A stretch of 20,000 bases of DNA from an uncultured virus (IMG/VR IMGVR_UViG_3300022822_000015) (taxonomy: Duplodnaviria > Heunggongvirae > Uroviricota > Caudoviricetes), in IMG/VR virus record IMGVR_UViG_3300022822_000015; one strand, 5' to 3'. This document shows positions 8,295 to 17,562 of this stretch, in pieces. Below the pieces are notes generated by a model. That model was not told the DNA's origin and did not search any database. It was given only the letters and a program-made list of their open reading frames with translations. Every line of letters starts with the position of its first letter. Positions within the stretch are counted from its first letter, which is position 1. A program made the position numbers and the translations under genes.

Positions 8295-9518
8295 TTATTT
8301 GCTAGCGCAAACATACCCTTTAAGTAAACGTTCTTCTCGCAAGATAAGACCTGCGTACCAAAAATTGTAACTAAAGAAACCTTGAGTTGCATAAGGATTA
8401 CTAAGTTCAATCTTACCGGGAGACTGACTGTTAAACTTAATTTTTCCTTTACCTTTTAGTCCTACAATAGCAAAAGAGCCTTTTGTTGGAAACAAGATAG
8501 GGAAAACATCAAAGTTATCACGATCACCAGCAGTACCAGAAGTATTATCAGTACCACCACTAGAAGATAGATCACCTACGTAGTTCTGAGGTACAACACT
8601 ACCTTGAGCAGCGTAAACTAGAGCAGACTCAGATTCGATGAAACGAACATCACCCATAGAACCAACTTCACCTTCAGCTAGGCTAGCTGCTGCTGCATAC
8701 TTGTATGCAGGGATATAAGCGAACTCTTCAGCGTTACCTGTACCACGAGTCAAGTTATCAAGATCGTACTTGATTTCTGGACCAATAACAGCGTAGTAAG
8801 CTTTATTGATTGCACGAGTATCAACTTTAGTGTCACCTGAAACAACAGTAGTGTTCTTTTCAGCACGATTACGTACCAATCGACGAGTAATTTTACGGAT
8901 CATATCGTATGAAATCCGTGAATCATTATCATCTGTACCGTCAGTTTCAGCAGTATCTTGACCAATTTCTGCAATAGCAGTAGCACTTCCAACGTACTGG
9001 ATAGTAGTAGTAGCTAGCAAATCAAGCTGTGTAAGATCTTCGTACCGCATATTAGCTAGGTGTCCTAACTCTTCACGGTATTGAATCTGTACCATGTCCT
9101 CAGAGAACATATCAACTTCATCAGTATAATCAAGCATTTCACCGTAACGAGCAAAACCTGTTTCAATAGTAACTTTTTTAATTGTTACTTTATTAGCTGC
9201 ACCAGAACCTTCTGATAGCGTAGGCATACCTGCTGAAACATCAGTGATGTTACGTGCAGTAAGATAACCCTTAGTACCAAATTCTGAGTCAGTTCCACCT
9301 ACTTGACTACTAGGATCAAGTTTACGATCATAAATGTGTAACCATTTACTGACCTTAAAAGTTTTACCCATTTTGAGAGGCATAGATCGACGATCAGCAA
9401 ACTGACCATAAATATTTACAACGTTAGCTGCTTTAACACCAGCTTTGTCGTAATAATGCGTAATTGTATTCGGACCAGAAGTACTGTTAGTACCATTTCC
9501 GTAGACGTTATCTACCAT
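8295..9518 (-). CDS. N4-like major capsid protein (gp56-like), 407 aa
   Basis: YGQFADRRSMPLKMGKTFKV, LSEGSGAANKV, YIPAYKYAAAASLAEGEVGSMGDVRFI, FDVFPILF and NPYATQGFFSYNFWYAGLILREERL are N4 capsid-family motifs; AGGTGA RBS. Confidence 0.92.
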   Translation of the reverse strand: MVDNVYGNGTNSTSGPNTITHYYDKAGVKAANVVNIYGQFADRRSMPLKMGKTFKVSKWLHIYDRKLDPSSQVGGTDSEFGTKGYLTARNITDVSAGMPTLSEGSGAANKVTIKKVTIETGFARYGEMLDYTDEVDMFSEDMVQIQYREELGHLANMRYEDLTQLDLLATTTIQYVGSATAIAEIGQDTAETDGTDDNDSRISYDMIRKITRRLVRNRAEKNTTVVSGDTKVDTRAINKAYYAVIGPEIKYDLDNLTRGTGNAEEFAYIPAYKYAAAASLAEGEVGSMGDVRFIESESALVYAAQGSVVPQNYVGDLSSSGGTDNTSGTAGDRDNFDVFPILFPTKGSFAIVGLKGKGKIKFNSQSPGKIELSNPYATQGFFSYNFWYAGLILREERLLKGYVCASK

Positions 9519-9539
9519 TTAAATCACCTTTTTAGTAAA

Positions 9540-10670
9540 TTAGTTTGCACTTGTTACTTTTTTATACCAAGCGTCAAAATTTTCATCATTGTCGTCATCT
9601 AAATAATCGATGACACCTTTTTTACCAGCAGTAGAGGCTGTTGAACTAGCTGCTCTTTTGCTTTCAGCTTCTGATGATTCTTTACCAAATTTTGTCTCTG
9701 CCTCTTGTGCGCTTTTATTCAAGTCATCTACAGCGTTCTGGTTATTACCAGCTTCTATAGATTTTTGATAATCAGCACCTGCAAGAAGGTAGTAATCTAA
9801 ACTAGATTTAGAATTTCCATCTAACATTTGTAACTTTGCTGCTTCAGGAGCTACTTTAGCGTAGACACCTGATTTTATATCGTGATGCAGACCCATAATA
9901 ATTTTAGGGTTGCCTGCAATAATTTTCCTAGATCCATCATCCCATTGATTGTCTATAACATCAACAGTTGTTTTGTACTCTGGGTCTTTAGATATAGAAT
10001 CTTCAATCTCTGAAATTTCTAACTCAAAGTCTGATTTGCCGTAACTTTTAGATTCATACGGTTCAGTCTCTTCATCAAAACTCAGATCACTGAGATCAAT
10101 ATCTCTATCAGAAGCCAATTTTTTAATAGCACCTTTGTCACCTTTAAGGATGTCTAAGGCTAAGTCAAATTGGTCTTGAGTAATACTTTCTTCTTCCAGT
10201 GCAGAGATCATCTTCCTGTAAGGAGCCATCTTCTGCATTTTTTGAGTGTAGTCCATTGCCTTACCGAACACACCTTCAAACTGGTCCATGATTTCTTCAT
10301 CAGAGAATTCAAAGTCTTGACCATTAGCTTTAAACTTTCGTTTAATAATGTTTTTAACTTCTTCTACTTTCTTTTCAGAACCATCTTCAAGATCTTTATC
10401 AGTATCAAGTTCGTATTTATTTTCATTAATATTATCTGCGTCTGTATCAGACTTTTTAGTATCTTCATCTAAAACTTTGCCATCAGATAAATTTTTATCA
10501 CCAGAAGTTGTAGTATCCTCTTCAGATGTTGTTTCGTTACTGTTATCTTTATTTCTAGATAACAACTCAGCTGCGTCTTCATTTCCTTCTTCACGACGAA
10601 TTGCAGCCAGTGCATCAATAGGATCAATGTCGTTATCAAAAATTTCGTCTTCAGATAACTCGGTACTCAT
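9540..10670 (-). CDS. N4 gp57-like protein (often labelled tape measure; position and composition suggest a scaffold), 376 aa
   Basis: Acidic low-complexity N-terminus, FKANGQDF...MDYTQKMQKMAPYRK and HDIKSGVYAKV motifs; immediately upstream of the capsid gene. Confidence 0.75.
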   Translation of the reverse strand: MSTELSEDEIFDNDIDPIDALAAIRREEGNEDAAELLSRNKDNSNETTSEEDTTTSGDKNLSDGKVLDEDTKKSDTDADNINENKYELDTDKDLEDGSEKKVEEVKNIIKRKFKANGQDFEFSDEEIMDQFEGVFGKAMDYTQKMQKMAPYRKMISALEEESITQDQFDLALDILKGDKGAIKKLASDRDIDLSDLSFDEETEPYESKSYGKSDFELEISEIEDSISKDPEYKTTVDVIDNQWDDGSRKIIAGNPKIIMGLHHDIKSGVYAKVAPEAAKLQMLDGNSKSSLDYYLLAGADYQKSIEAGNNQNAVDDLNKSAQEAETKFGKESSEAESKRAASSTASTAGKKGVIDYLDDDNDENFDAWYKKVTSAN

Positions 10671-11002
10671 TATTCAGTACCTTCAAGTTCTTCTTCATCT
10701 ACTATTTCAGAGTTAAGAGCACCTGCGTAGTTATACTCAACCATCATAAAGAAATAACCTAAGTTACTGCCTGCCACTAGATCTTCCATAATAGCTGATC
10801 GTTCACCTCGTCTAATAACTCCGGGATCTGCTAACATACTAACAGAATCTAATGCTTTATCTTTAAGATAACCATTAGTAATTACTCTTTGAAACTGAGA
10901 GTTATTTTTTAGCCAAGCTAAATCTTCTCCCATAGTAATGTGGTGTTCTGTTTCAATTGTTTCTAGCTCTACTTGATCTTGTTCTTCTGTCAGGCTACTC
11001 AT
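10670..11002 (-). CDS. N4 gp58-like protein, 110 aa
   Basis: L..LKNNSQFQRVITNGYLKDKA motif; lies between portal and gp57-like gene. Confidence 0.7.
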   Translation of the reverse strand: MSSLTEEQDQVELETIETEHHITMGEDLAWLKNNSQFQRVITNGYLKDKALDSVSMLADPGVIRRGERSAIMEDLVAGSNLGYFFMMVEYNYAGALNSEIVDEEELEGTE

Positions 11003-11042
11003 TAAGGAGTCCTATAGTTAAGTTATGTAAATAAGTTTTGTA

Positions 11043-11071
11043 TTTATACTATAATTTAATTGGTTTGTAAA
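11043..11071 (-). promoter_or_regulatory. Candidate sigma70-type late promoter upstream of the gp58-gp57-capsid block
   Basis: TTTACA-17 nt-TATAAA on the minus strand, one mismatch per box, overlapping the portal stop. The AT-rich background makes chance matches likely. Confidence 0.4.
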
Positions 11072-12993
11072 CTATCAATAGATTTTAATCCTATTTGTGT
11101 GTCTCTATCATGATCTTTTTTGACTAGTTCATCAGATAAGTCTTCACCTGTAGCTTTTTTCATAAAGTCTAAATCTTTAACATCTGTGTCGGAATCGGTA
11201 AACCTAGCTTTAGCTTCAGCTAATACAGCATTCGCAGTTTTTAAACGAAGATCAGCTGAGTTTTCTTCTGCTCTAGATTGTCTTTCTAGTATCTCCACTT
11301 TCTTTAACTGCAATTCAAGAGATTTCATTTCTTCTAAATATGGATCAGGCTCAGGTCTGTATTCTTCTATGGACTTTGCTACATCAGGCATTTTATGAAG
11401 TTTCATTATCTGAGCCATTATAATTTTACGTACACCGGGATCTTCATTAGGCCCATTAGTTTGAAGTAAGAAAGATAGTTCTTGGCTTTTAGCAGCATTA
11501 TCTTCAGCTGTAGATACTTCAATATCTATATCTACTTCACCAGCTAAGTCATCCCTTCTAATAGGAACATGTTGATCATTCGTTATACGTATTATTTCTT
11601 CTTCTTGTAGCCATACGGAGTTGTATGACATCCATTTACGCATAAGAGGTTTCATTAAGTTTTCAGCTACGTTTCTTACAATATCTAGTCTACGTACTGA
11701 TACAGCATCTAATACTCCCCCTGCTGCTCTAGCAGTAGATCCTAGTCCTTGCCCGTTAATACCACCTGAGAAACTTTTAATACCTGTAATAGCATCTGTC
11801 TCGTTATTATTAAGTTCAAGCATAGAAAACATACTGTTAGGTAAGTTATTATAAGAACCTTCATAAAAATCAGAAGAATTAGTGTTGTACTCAAAATTTC
11901 CTCCTGCAAGAAATCTTTTTTTGTTAAGTGTATCTAACGAACCTTTACGTATACCTTTCTGCCCATTATTGGAGTTAGCCATATTATCTATAGCACCACG
12001 TTTAATAGCAGTAGAGACTTTTTGGTTATCCCCTATCATTTCAGCGTTAGCTTCACCTGTCATTTGGAAAGGTATAGAATTATGTGCTACTACTAAAAAA
12101 GGTATTTTCTTATCAGGATAAGGATTACTTTCTAGCCTGATAATCACGTTGTTAACCCAAGTACAAATAATAGGTTTAGCAATACCTGTGCCATCTATAT
12201 CGTAGTTTCCCCAATACTCATGAATAATAAGTTTCTTTCTAGGTTTATCTTTAAACTCAAAACTACTACCTTTCTTTTCGTGTTCAGGAGTATAGTCATC
12301 ACTATCTCTAGCCATATCTTCAGATACTTTATTTAGTGCTTTATCGTTATACTTTTTATTTACACGTAGGGTACTAAGGTCACTCTCATACCTATGTACC
12401 ATAAACTGACACTTATCTAAGTCTCCTTGACAAGTAGGATCAATGTAGATGTCTTCTATACGACAAGTTTCTGCAAATGGTTTATTTACTAGTACTTTAA
12501 GTTCCTTTACTGTTTTGATACCTATTTGTACAGGTTTACCACTGTAAGGATCTAAATCATACACTGGGTAATCTTTTTCTACTTCTTCATCTTCGTAATC
12601 CCATGAACACTTAACAATTAGTGTGCCTTCAGTAGTAAGTAGTTTTATGCTATCCGTAATAAACTTGTACCTATTAAACTTACGAGTAAATTGGTAGTTT
12701 AGTATTAACTGGTTCTGTTCTGCTGCTTGACGATCTTCAGCTGTAATAGGAGTACATTTAACAATGTCTGCTGAAGATAGAAAAGGGTCTTTAAGAGAAG
12801 CATGTTGCCACTCGTCCTGACGCTTTATATCTCTCGATACTATCTTCGATTTACCCTTCTGCTCATTACCATAAGGTTCACCGTTATACTCTTTCTTCCA
12901 AGTTTCTACCTTAGAGACAGTTTCTAGTCTAAGGCTGTCAGCACTTGTAAGGTCATCTTTTAAACTTGATAATATTTTTGCTTTGTCTACCAT
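11056..12993 (-). CDS. N4-like portal protein (gp59-like), 645 aa
   Basis: GKSKIVSRDIKRQDEWQHASLKDPFLS, EDRQAAEQNQLILNYQF, IIHEYWGNYDIDGTG, NPYPDKKIPF, SNNGQKGIRKG, TGIKSFSGGI and STAEDNAAKSQELSFLLQTNGP are N4 portal motifs. Confidence 0.92.
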   Translation of the reverse strand: MVDKAKILSSLKDDLTSADSLRLETVSKVETWKKEYNGEPYGNEQKGKSKIVSRDIKRQDEWQHASLKDPFLSSADIVKCTPITAEDRQAAEQNQLILNYQFTRKFNRYKFITDSIKLLTTEGTLIVKCSWDYEDEEVEKDYPVYDLDPYSGKPVQIGIKTVKELKVLVNKPFAETCRIEDIYIDPTCQGDLDKCQFMVHRYESDLSTLRVNKKYNDKALNKVSEDMARDSDDYTPEHEKKGSSFEFKDKPRKKLIIHEYWGNYDIDGTGIAKPIICTWVNNVIIRLESNPYPDKKIPFLVVAHNSIPFQMTGEANAEMIGDNQKVSTAIKRGAIDNMANSNNGQKGIRKGSLDTLNKKRFLAGGNFEYNTNSSDFYEGSYNNLPNSMFSMLELNNNETDAITGIKSFSGGINGQGLGSTARAAGGVLDAVSVRRLDIVRNVAENLMKPLMRKWMSYNSVWLQEEEIIRITNDQHVPIRRDDLAGEVDIDIEVSTAEDNAAKSQELSFLLQTNGPNEDPGVRKIIMAQIMKLHKMPDVAKSIEEYRPEPDPYLEEMKSLELQLKKVEILERQSRAEENSADLRLKTANAVLAEAKARFTDSDTDVKDLDFMKKATGEDLSDELVKKDHDRDTQIGLKSIDSLQTN

Positions 12994-13001
12994 GTTAAAA
13001 C

Positions 13002-13109
13002 CTAAAGGTTGTCTTTTACAACAAATTTTTCAATACTAAAAGATCCTGTCCATGTAACTAGTGCATTTAAACCACCAATTAACATGTAGACTTGTGTTGT
13101 TGTGGTCAT
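13002..13109 (-). CDS. Possible 35-aa small protein (MTTTTQVYMLIGGLNALVTWTGSFSIEKFVVKDNL)
   Basis: AAGGA RBS-like sequence and an ATGA overlap with the upstream 42-aa ORF; ends 8 nt before the portal start. Confidence 0.3.
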   Translation of the reverse strand: MTTTTQVYMLIGGLNALVTWTGSFSIEKFVVKDNL

Positions 13110-13234
13110 TTAATGTCCTTACTAACGATAGACATATTCAATTTAACAAAACTAGTGGGCATAGTAATAAATGTCTCTAGGACTAACAGGTTACTTGTTT
13201 TTATAGTCACTATGTTAGGAGTTTTAACTAACAT
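13106..13234 (-). CDS. Possible 42-aa small protein (MLVKTPNIVTIKTSNLLVLETFITMPTSFVKLNMSIVSKDIK)
   Basis: ATG overlaps the end of the 67-aa holin-like gene; fills an otherwise empty gap in a densely packed operon. Confidence 0.25.
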   Translation of the reverse strand: MLVKTPNIVTIKTSNLLVLETFITMPTSFVKLNMSIVSKDIK

Positions 13235-13427
13235 TATTTTCTCTCTGGTACTTCATCTTAAACCATATAGTAAACCCAGCCATACCAAGCGTGGTTACTA
13301 TACCTATAAGAACTCCTAAAATTCCCCACTCTGCTGCGTTTAACCCAAATAACACTGTACCGCCACCTGCTACATACGTTGATGTGTTCAGCCAGTTGGC
13401 TATATTTTGTAATATGTCATCTTTCAT
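13224..13427 (-). CDS. Small holin-like membrane protein, 67 aa
   Basis: Hydrophobic segments (YVAGGGTVLFGLNAAEWGILGVLIGIVTTLGMAGFTIWF) with a basic tail KMKYQR; within the lysis cassette. Confidence 0.6.
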   Translation of the reverse strand: MKDDILQNIANWLNTSTYVAGGGTVLFGLNAAEWGILGVLIGIVTTLGMAGFTIWFKMKYQRENNVS

Positions 13428-13924
13428 TATTTGGCTACTCTATCTTTGTTAGCACTGCTTCTGGTTGTTCCGACCCAGTATGCGATTGAAGCCATCCATG
13501 CTGCTACGATCTGACCAACAAGCATGTTTAACATCTGATCATTACCAATAGGAATTGGTGCAAATATCAAAGCCAGTGTGATGACAGTTACAACTATCGA
13601 TAGGCCGATACAGATAGCTGCTGGCATTCGACTGTGTTTGTGTGCTGATCTGGCATTTTGAGTATCCCCTAGCTCAGAGGCAACCAGCTCGTTATCAAGC
13701 TCTTTCATTCGTATCTTGAAAGAGTTGTTAGCTTGAGTCACTTTCAACATCATCTCAGGACTGGCTTCTTCTACTGCTACACGCAACTGTTCTTCATTTG
13801 ATACTACGCCACCAGTAGCATCTGATATAGCTCTAATAGCTAATTGGGGCAGTGTGGCTCCACCAGATAATACTGCTGCTGCTATATCGGGAGCGTAACT
13901 TGTAAGTTTTTTTAACCAGTCCAT
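13427..13924 (-). CDS. Holin-like membrane protein (3TM/GTA-holin-like), 165 aa
   Basis: N-terminal AP.IA..L.GG motif, coiled coil ending DTQNAR, two C-terminal TM helices and a YWVGTTRSSANK ending (cf. YFFGSS..S..K); adjacent to the endolysin. Confidence 0.65.
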   Translation of the reverse strand: MDWLKKLTSYAPDIAAAVLSGGATLPQLAIRAISDATGGVVSNEEQLRVAVEEASPEMMLKVTQANNSFKIRMKELDNELVASELGDTQNARSAHKHSRMPAAICIGLSIVVTVITLALIFAPIPIGNDQMLNMLVGQIVAAWMASIAYWVGTTRSSANKDRVAK

Positions 13925-13926
13925 AA

Positions 13927-14367
13927 TTACACTCCAACTATTTCAAAGTGTACTAAGTCTTCAAATGTCTGATCACCAACATCATTATCCATGTCCCAAT
14001 CACCACCCCATCTTAATTTGTAAGCTATAGCTCCGTCAAGGTATAAAGCGTCTGCAACACCGATAACGTAAAAAGCAAAATAACGAAATTTTTCGTATTC
14101 GTTTCTATTACCTTCTCCCCACTTTTTTGGAATAGGGTAAGGGCTAACGTCTAAAGCCATTGATGGAACAGAGTTATGTTTACTATTAGGCCATTTAACT
14201 TTAGACAGTTTAGGTTTGTTACTAAACATTTTTGTTTGGTCTGCTTCGTTTCTATGTCCAGTTAAAATAGTGTTGTCCCAACCTTGCAAAACAGTTTTAA
14301 AAATAAGCTGTAAATCAGGATGAGCCTGCAGTAATTTACTTTCTGAATTTTTGCTGTACTTGTTCAT
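13927..14367 (-). CDS. Endolysin, peptidase M15 family (L-Ala-D-Glu peptidase-like), 146 aa
   Basis: HPDLQ, GHR, SKH....S.ALD and RWGGDW...DLVHFE zinc-peptidase motifs. Confidence 0.88.
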   Translation of the reverse strand: MNKYSKNSESKLLQAHPDLQLIFKTVLQGWDNTILTGHRNEADQTKMFSNKPKLSKVKWPNSKHNSVPSMALDVSPYPIPKKWGEGNRNEYEKFRYFAFYVIGVADALYLDGAIAYKLRWGGDWDMDNDVGDQTFEDLVHFEIVGV

Positions 14368-14370
14368 AAA

Positions 14371-14751
14371 TTAAAGTCCTTCAGTTATATGAATGTCAAT
14401 TAATTCTTGTTCAGTAGTGCAGTCATTAATGTCTATTTGCATAGCGTCATCAGCGTTACGAATAACTAGTCTATCAGCTTCTGCTTGAGTAGCATCATTT
14501 CCGGGAATTTGTAACGCTATAATAGCGTCTAATGGTGCAAATGCTAATTGTCGTTGTACTCTACGTAAATCATGTGTAATTAGTTTAGCAGAATCTATAT
14601 TTGTTACCACCGCGTCACCTACAATTCTCCATGCTGAACGAAAAACGCTATCGGGTACTGACTCCACCTCTTTCCATGTTGCACCTTCAGGGATTGAGGA
14701 CTGCTTTGAGCAAATCGCAACGGTGTTGTCTTCTTGTTGATATACGTACAT
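14371..14751 (-). CDS. Tail fibre assembly/chaperone-like protein, 126 aa
   Basis: IPEGATW...VPDSVFRSAW...AKLITHDLRRVQR...FAPLD...AEADRLVIR pattern typical of small proteins encoded after phage fibres. Confidence 0.55.
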   Translation of the reverse strand: MYVYQQEDNTVAICSKQSSIPEGATWKEVESVPDSVFRSAWRIVGDAVVTNIDSAKLITHDLRRVQRQLAFAPLDAIIALQIPGNDATQAEADRLVIRNADDAMQIDINDCTTEQELIDIHITEGL

Positions 14752-15218
14752 TAATGCTTCCTCAAATAGTTAATAGCCTTCTCAAGAAGCCCTATATTAT
14801 CTTTAAAATGGCCTAAAGCAAAGTTACAGCTTATACATAACAAGCCTCTAACCTCACCTGTTATGTGGTCATGGTCTACGTTTAAGCTCTTAGTGCAGTC
14901 ATCTTCATGTACATTACATATTAAACATGAGTAATCCTGACTTACCAGCATACTCGTATAGTCATCGTAGGTTATGCCATAGTTTTTCTTTAACCTAGTA
15001 TTAGCTACTTGCCTTGGGTTAGCTTTATACCATGCCTTAGCCCTGCTGCTGACCTTATCTTTTCTACTGTCGTCATAGGCGATATACTGATAGTTGCGAC
15101 AAGGAATGCATATATTCCTATATCCATGCTTTGATCCCTTATCAATAACAAAGCCTTTAAGATCTTCCGCAGTATGAGCCGACTTATCACAAGAAGGGCA
15201 GGTTCTTAGTGCTTCCAT
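14751..15218 (-). CDS. Endonuclease VII-family (His-Me finger) nuclease, probable free-standing homing endonuclease
   Basis: YGITYDDY...Q..SCLIC...LNVDHDHITGEVRGLLCISCNFALGHFKD, plus N-terminal CxxC...CxxC. ATG at 15218 (1 nt after the fibre stop, GGAGG upstream) is preferred to the TTG at 15236. Confidence 0.85.
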   Translation of the reverse strand: MEALRTCPSCDKSAHTAEDLKGFVIDKGSKHGYRNICIPCRNYQYIAYDDSRKDKVSSRAKAWYKANPRQVANTRLKKNYGITYDDYTSMLVSQDYSCLICNVHEDDCTKSLNVDHDHITGEVRGLLCISCNFALGHFKDNIGLLEKAINYLRKH

Positions 15219-15219
15219 C

Positions 15220-17562
15220 TTATGATTTACCTCCAAATACAGAAAGGCACACTAGATCATAGTCGTTTCCGGCTTGCCCTTGGTTATAGATTTTTACCTT
15301 TACAGAATTTTTATCGTGTGATAATGCTCTGTTATCATACCCAGTCGCGGCCAGAGTATATGCATATCCAAAACTGTCCATAGGTGTGTCAAAGACAATC
15401 TTATAATTGCCAGTCCCTAAATCAACCACATCAGACACATTATAACTATCACGAATCAAAGGTGGGTTTTGAGTCCCATCGAAATTAACCCAAGCAGTCG
15501 CAACACCAATGTTCTTAATCTCACCATGAACTGTCAAGTCACCATGCGCTTCAACATCATTAAACCGTTGCTTGGCAACAGGCATATTGGCGAGTGTAGA
15601 GTTGATTACATCACCATCAGAATCCGTCCTGAACTCTGCTAGATACGTGCGGTTTATTGCTGTGCCACTAGAGTTGTACATTTTACCAGCGTCGATTAGG
15701 TAGTAATCTGACGGGAGGATTGTGTTAAACTCTAGTTCTGTTATAGCTGTATAAGTTGAGTCCCCCGAGTTATTTGTAATGTTAATACGATGATATAAAT
15801 AAGCTGTAGTGTTGCTGCCAGTTAAGTTGATGTCTCCCCACAAGTACACTCCGTTGCCTAAGTAGTCATTAGCAGTATAAGTTGAATCAATAGCCGTCCA
15901 GCTGAAACCATTATGAGAACCTTCAATAGTAAACCTTTTAGGTACTCTATCTACATCACTACCTTCGCGTAGTCTCCATGACTTAATAATGCGAGGCTCT
16001 ACTCCCTTATACTGTAACCACGATAGAGTTGATGTAGTTGCATACCATTCAACCCCTGTTACGCCTACAATATCGTTAGAGTCTTTGTTAAAGGCTTTAT
16101 AAGCCTCGTAACCTGCGCCTCTTTCACCACTAGCACTAACAACACCTGTCGAACTTTCATAATCAAAGTGTTTAGCAGTAGTCCTTAGACTTGCATCCAG
16201 TGGACTAACCTCACCCCACTTGTCTGCATCATTTCGAGTGATACCTTCTAGTGGTCTGTTTTCAGTTACACCATACGAACCACCTAAGTCTTTATAGATG
16301 TAGTAGTGCTTATTCTCATGTCCTGCACCTAATGCATACGTTACACCAGATCCTACGTTTTCTTTACTATCTACTTGACCATTCGCATCAAAACCTTGAG
16401 CAAATGATATGAGTGTGTTCTGAGCAATTGATAAAGTGTCAGCAGTTGTTGGGTACGTGTAGTCTGAGTTTGTGTACGTGTTTGTAGATGCACCACCAGT
16501 AGATGACTCTGCATAGGCCATGAATAGGTATTCGTTGTTTAACGAATTTACTGTGCCATGAGCATCTTTAAGTACAAACCCATTATCGGTAAACTCTTTA
16601 ATCGCTATATATGTCTCGGCATTTGCTGAATTAGCGTATAAATCTGACGTATCGCCTCTTGTACTATCCCAAATGTACCAATCAGAGGTGCTAGTCATAT
16701 TCTTAATTATCACCCACGCAGGTTTAAAACCACAGTCCACATAGTTACCAGCAGCACCAATGCCGATATACTTGCCTATTTTGGAGACGTTGGGGACTGA
16801 TGCGAAGTGGTAGGATATGTAATTCTCTGTGGCAGCATTAATCCAAGAGTGGGAACCTATTTGTAAAGTTTCTTTTGAAAATAAAGCAGTTAAGTTAGTG
16901 GTGGTATTAAGTGCATCTGTGCCATTTAAACGTAAATATTGATTTGGAAACAACGGAGAATGCACAACCCAATGTTCTGAACCGTCACCTTCTCTATCTT
17001 TAGAAATACTCCACTCAGACTTAACACCCAAATGATACGGTATCTCATGCCCATCTTCACCATCACCCTCGTAACCAACAATAGAGAAACCTAAGTCTGG
17101 GTTGTAGTGACAAGTGTATGCCTTGTTACGATTAGTTGTGCCAGTGACTTTCTTAGTTGTCTGCCATGACCATGAGGCGAACTTGTCGGCATTGGCGTTT
17201 GCTGAACCAGACGTTCCTACAGTAAAGCCATCATTATCAAAAGATTCTAGCGTGGTTGTTGCGTTAGTTATTTCACTATTAGTTGTATCACTAACTAAAT
17301 ACTGTAGATTTCCTCTAACTGTATCCATTATTCTGTGACTATTAGTACCATCGCGATTCTTAATCCAAACAAGCCCACCAAAGTCACCAGTGTCCATATC
17401 AAGGCCAGTGTTGATCGCATGACTACTTGACCCATCACCAGTGTATATGGCAGCACTAAAACCTGATTGCGTGGACTCACCTTGAGTTACCGCTGTTTGA
17501 TTTAGAGTTGTGCTTCTAACAACAGATTCGGTACTATTTGCTAACTTTCTTGCTTTACTCAT
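15220..17562 (-). CDS. Modular tail fibre / receptor-binding protein, 780 aa, with an F5/8 type C (discoidin)-like domain
   Basis: MSKARKLAN start; three ~100-aa YxGxG...IK repeats; AYKAFN..W..WLQY..PKRFTIEGS.NG.SW..YHRINIT..ELEF discoidin pattern; C-terminal AWVNFDG..IRDSYNVSDVVDLGTGNY domain. Confidence 0.75.
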   Translation of the reverse strand: MSKARKLANSTESVVRSTTLNQTAVTQGESTQSGFSAAIYTGDGSSSHAINTGLDMDTGDFGGLVWIKNRDGTNSHRIMDTVRGNLQYLVSDTTNSEITNATTTLESFDNDGFTVGTSGSANANADKFASWSWQTTKKVTGTTNRNKAYTCHYNPDLGFSIVGYEGDGEDGHEIPYHLGVKSEWSISKDREGDGSEHWVVHSPLFPNQYLRLNGTDALNTTTNLTALFSKETLQIGSHSWINAATENYISYHFASVPNVSKIGKYIGIGAAGNYVDCGFKPAWVIIKNMTSTSDWYIWDSTRGDTSDLYANSANAETYIAIKEFTDNGFVLKDAHGTVNSLNNEYLFMAYAESSTGGASTNTYTNSDYTYPTTADTLSIAQNTLISFAQGFDANGQVDSKENVGSGVTYALGAGHENKHYYIYKDLGGSYGVTENRPLEGITRNDADKWGEVSPLDASLRTTAKHFDYESSTGVVSASGERGAGYEAYKAFNKDSNDIVGVTGVEWYATTSTLSWLQYKGVEPRIIKSWRLREGSDVDRVPKRFTIEGSHNGFSWTAIDSTYTANDYLGNGVYLWGDINLTGSNTTAYLYHRINITNNSGDSTYTAITELEFNTILPSDYYLIDAGKMYNSSGTAINRTYLAEFRTDSDGDVINSTLANMPVAKQRFNDVEAHGDLTVHGEIKNIGVATAWVNFDGTQNPPLIRDSYNVSDVVDLGTGNYKIVFDTPMDSFGYAYTLAATGYDNRALSHDKNSVKVKIYNQGQAGNDYDLVCLSVFGGKS

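Noticed and set aside
9540..10670. True tape measure protein
   Set aside because: N4-like phages are short-tailed; the acidic composition and position before the capsid gene fit a scaffold-like role better.
1737..13319. Other plus-strand ORFs (1737, 2999, 5205, 10170, 10348, 11120, 11621, 11882, 13092)
   Set aside because: All lie antisense to well-supported, tightly packed minus-strand genes and have shadow-like composition.
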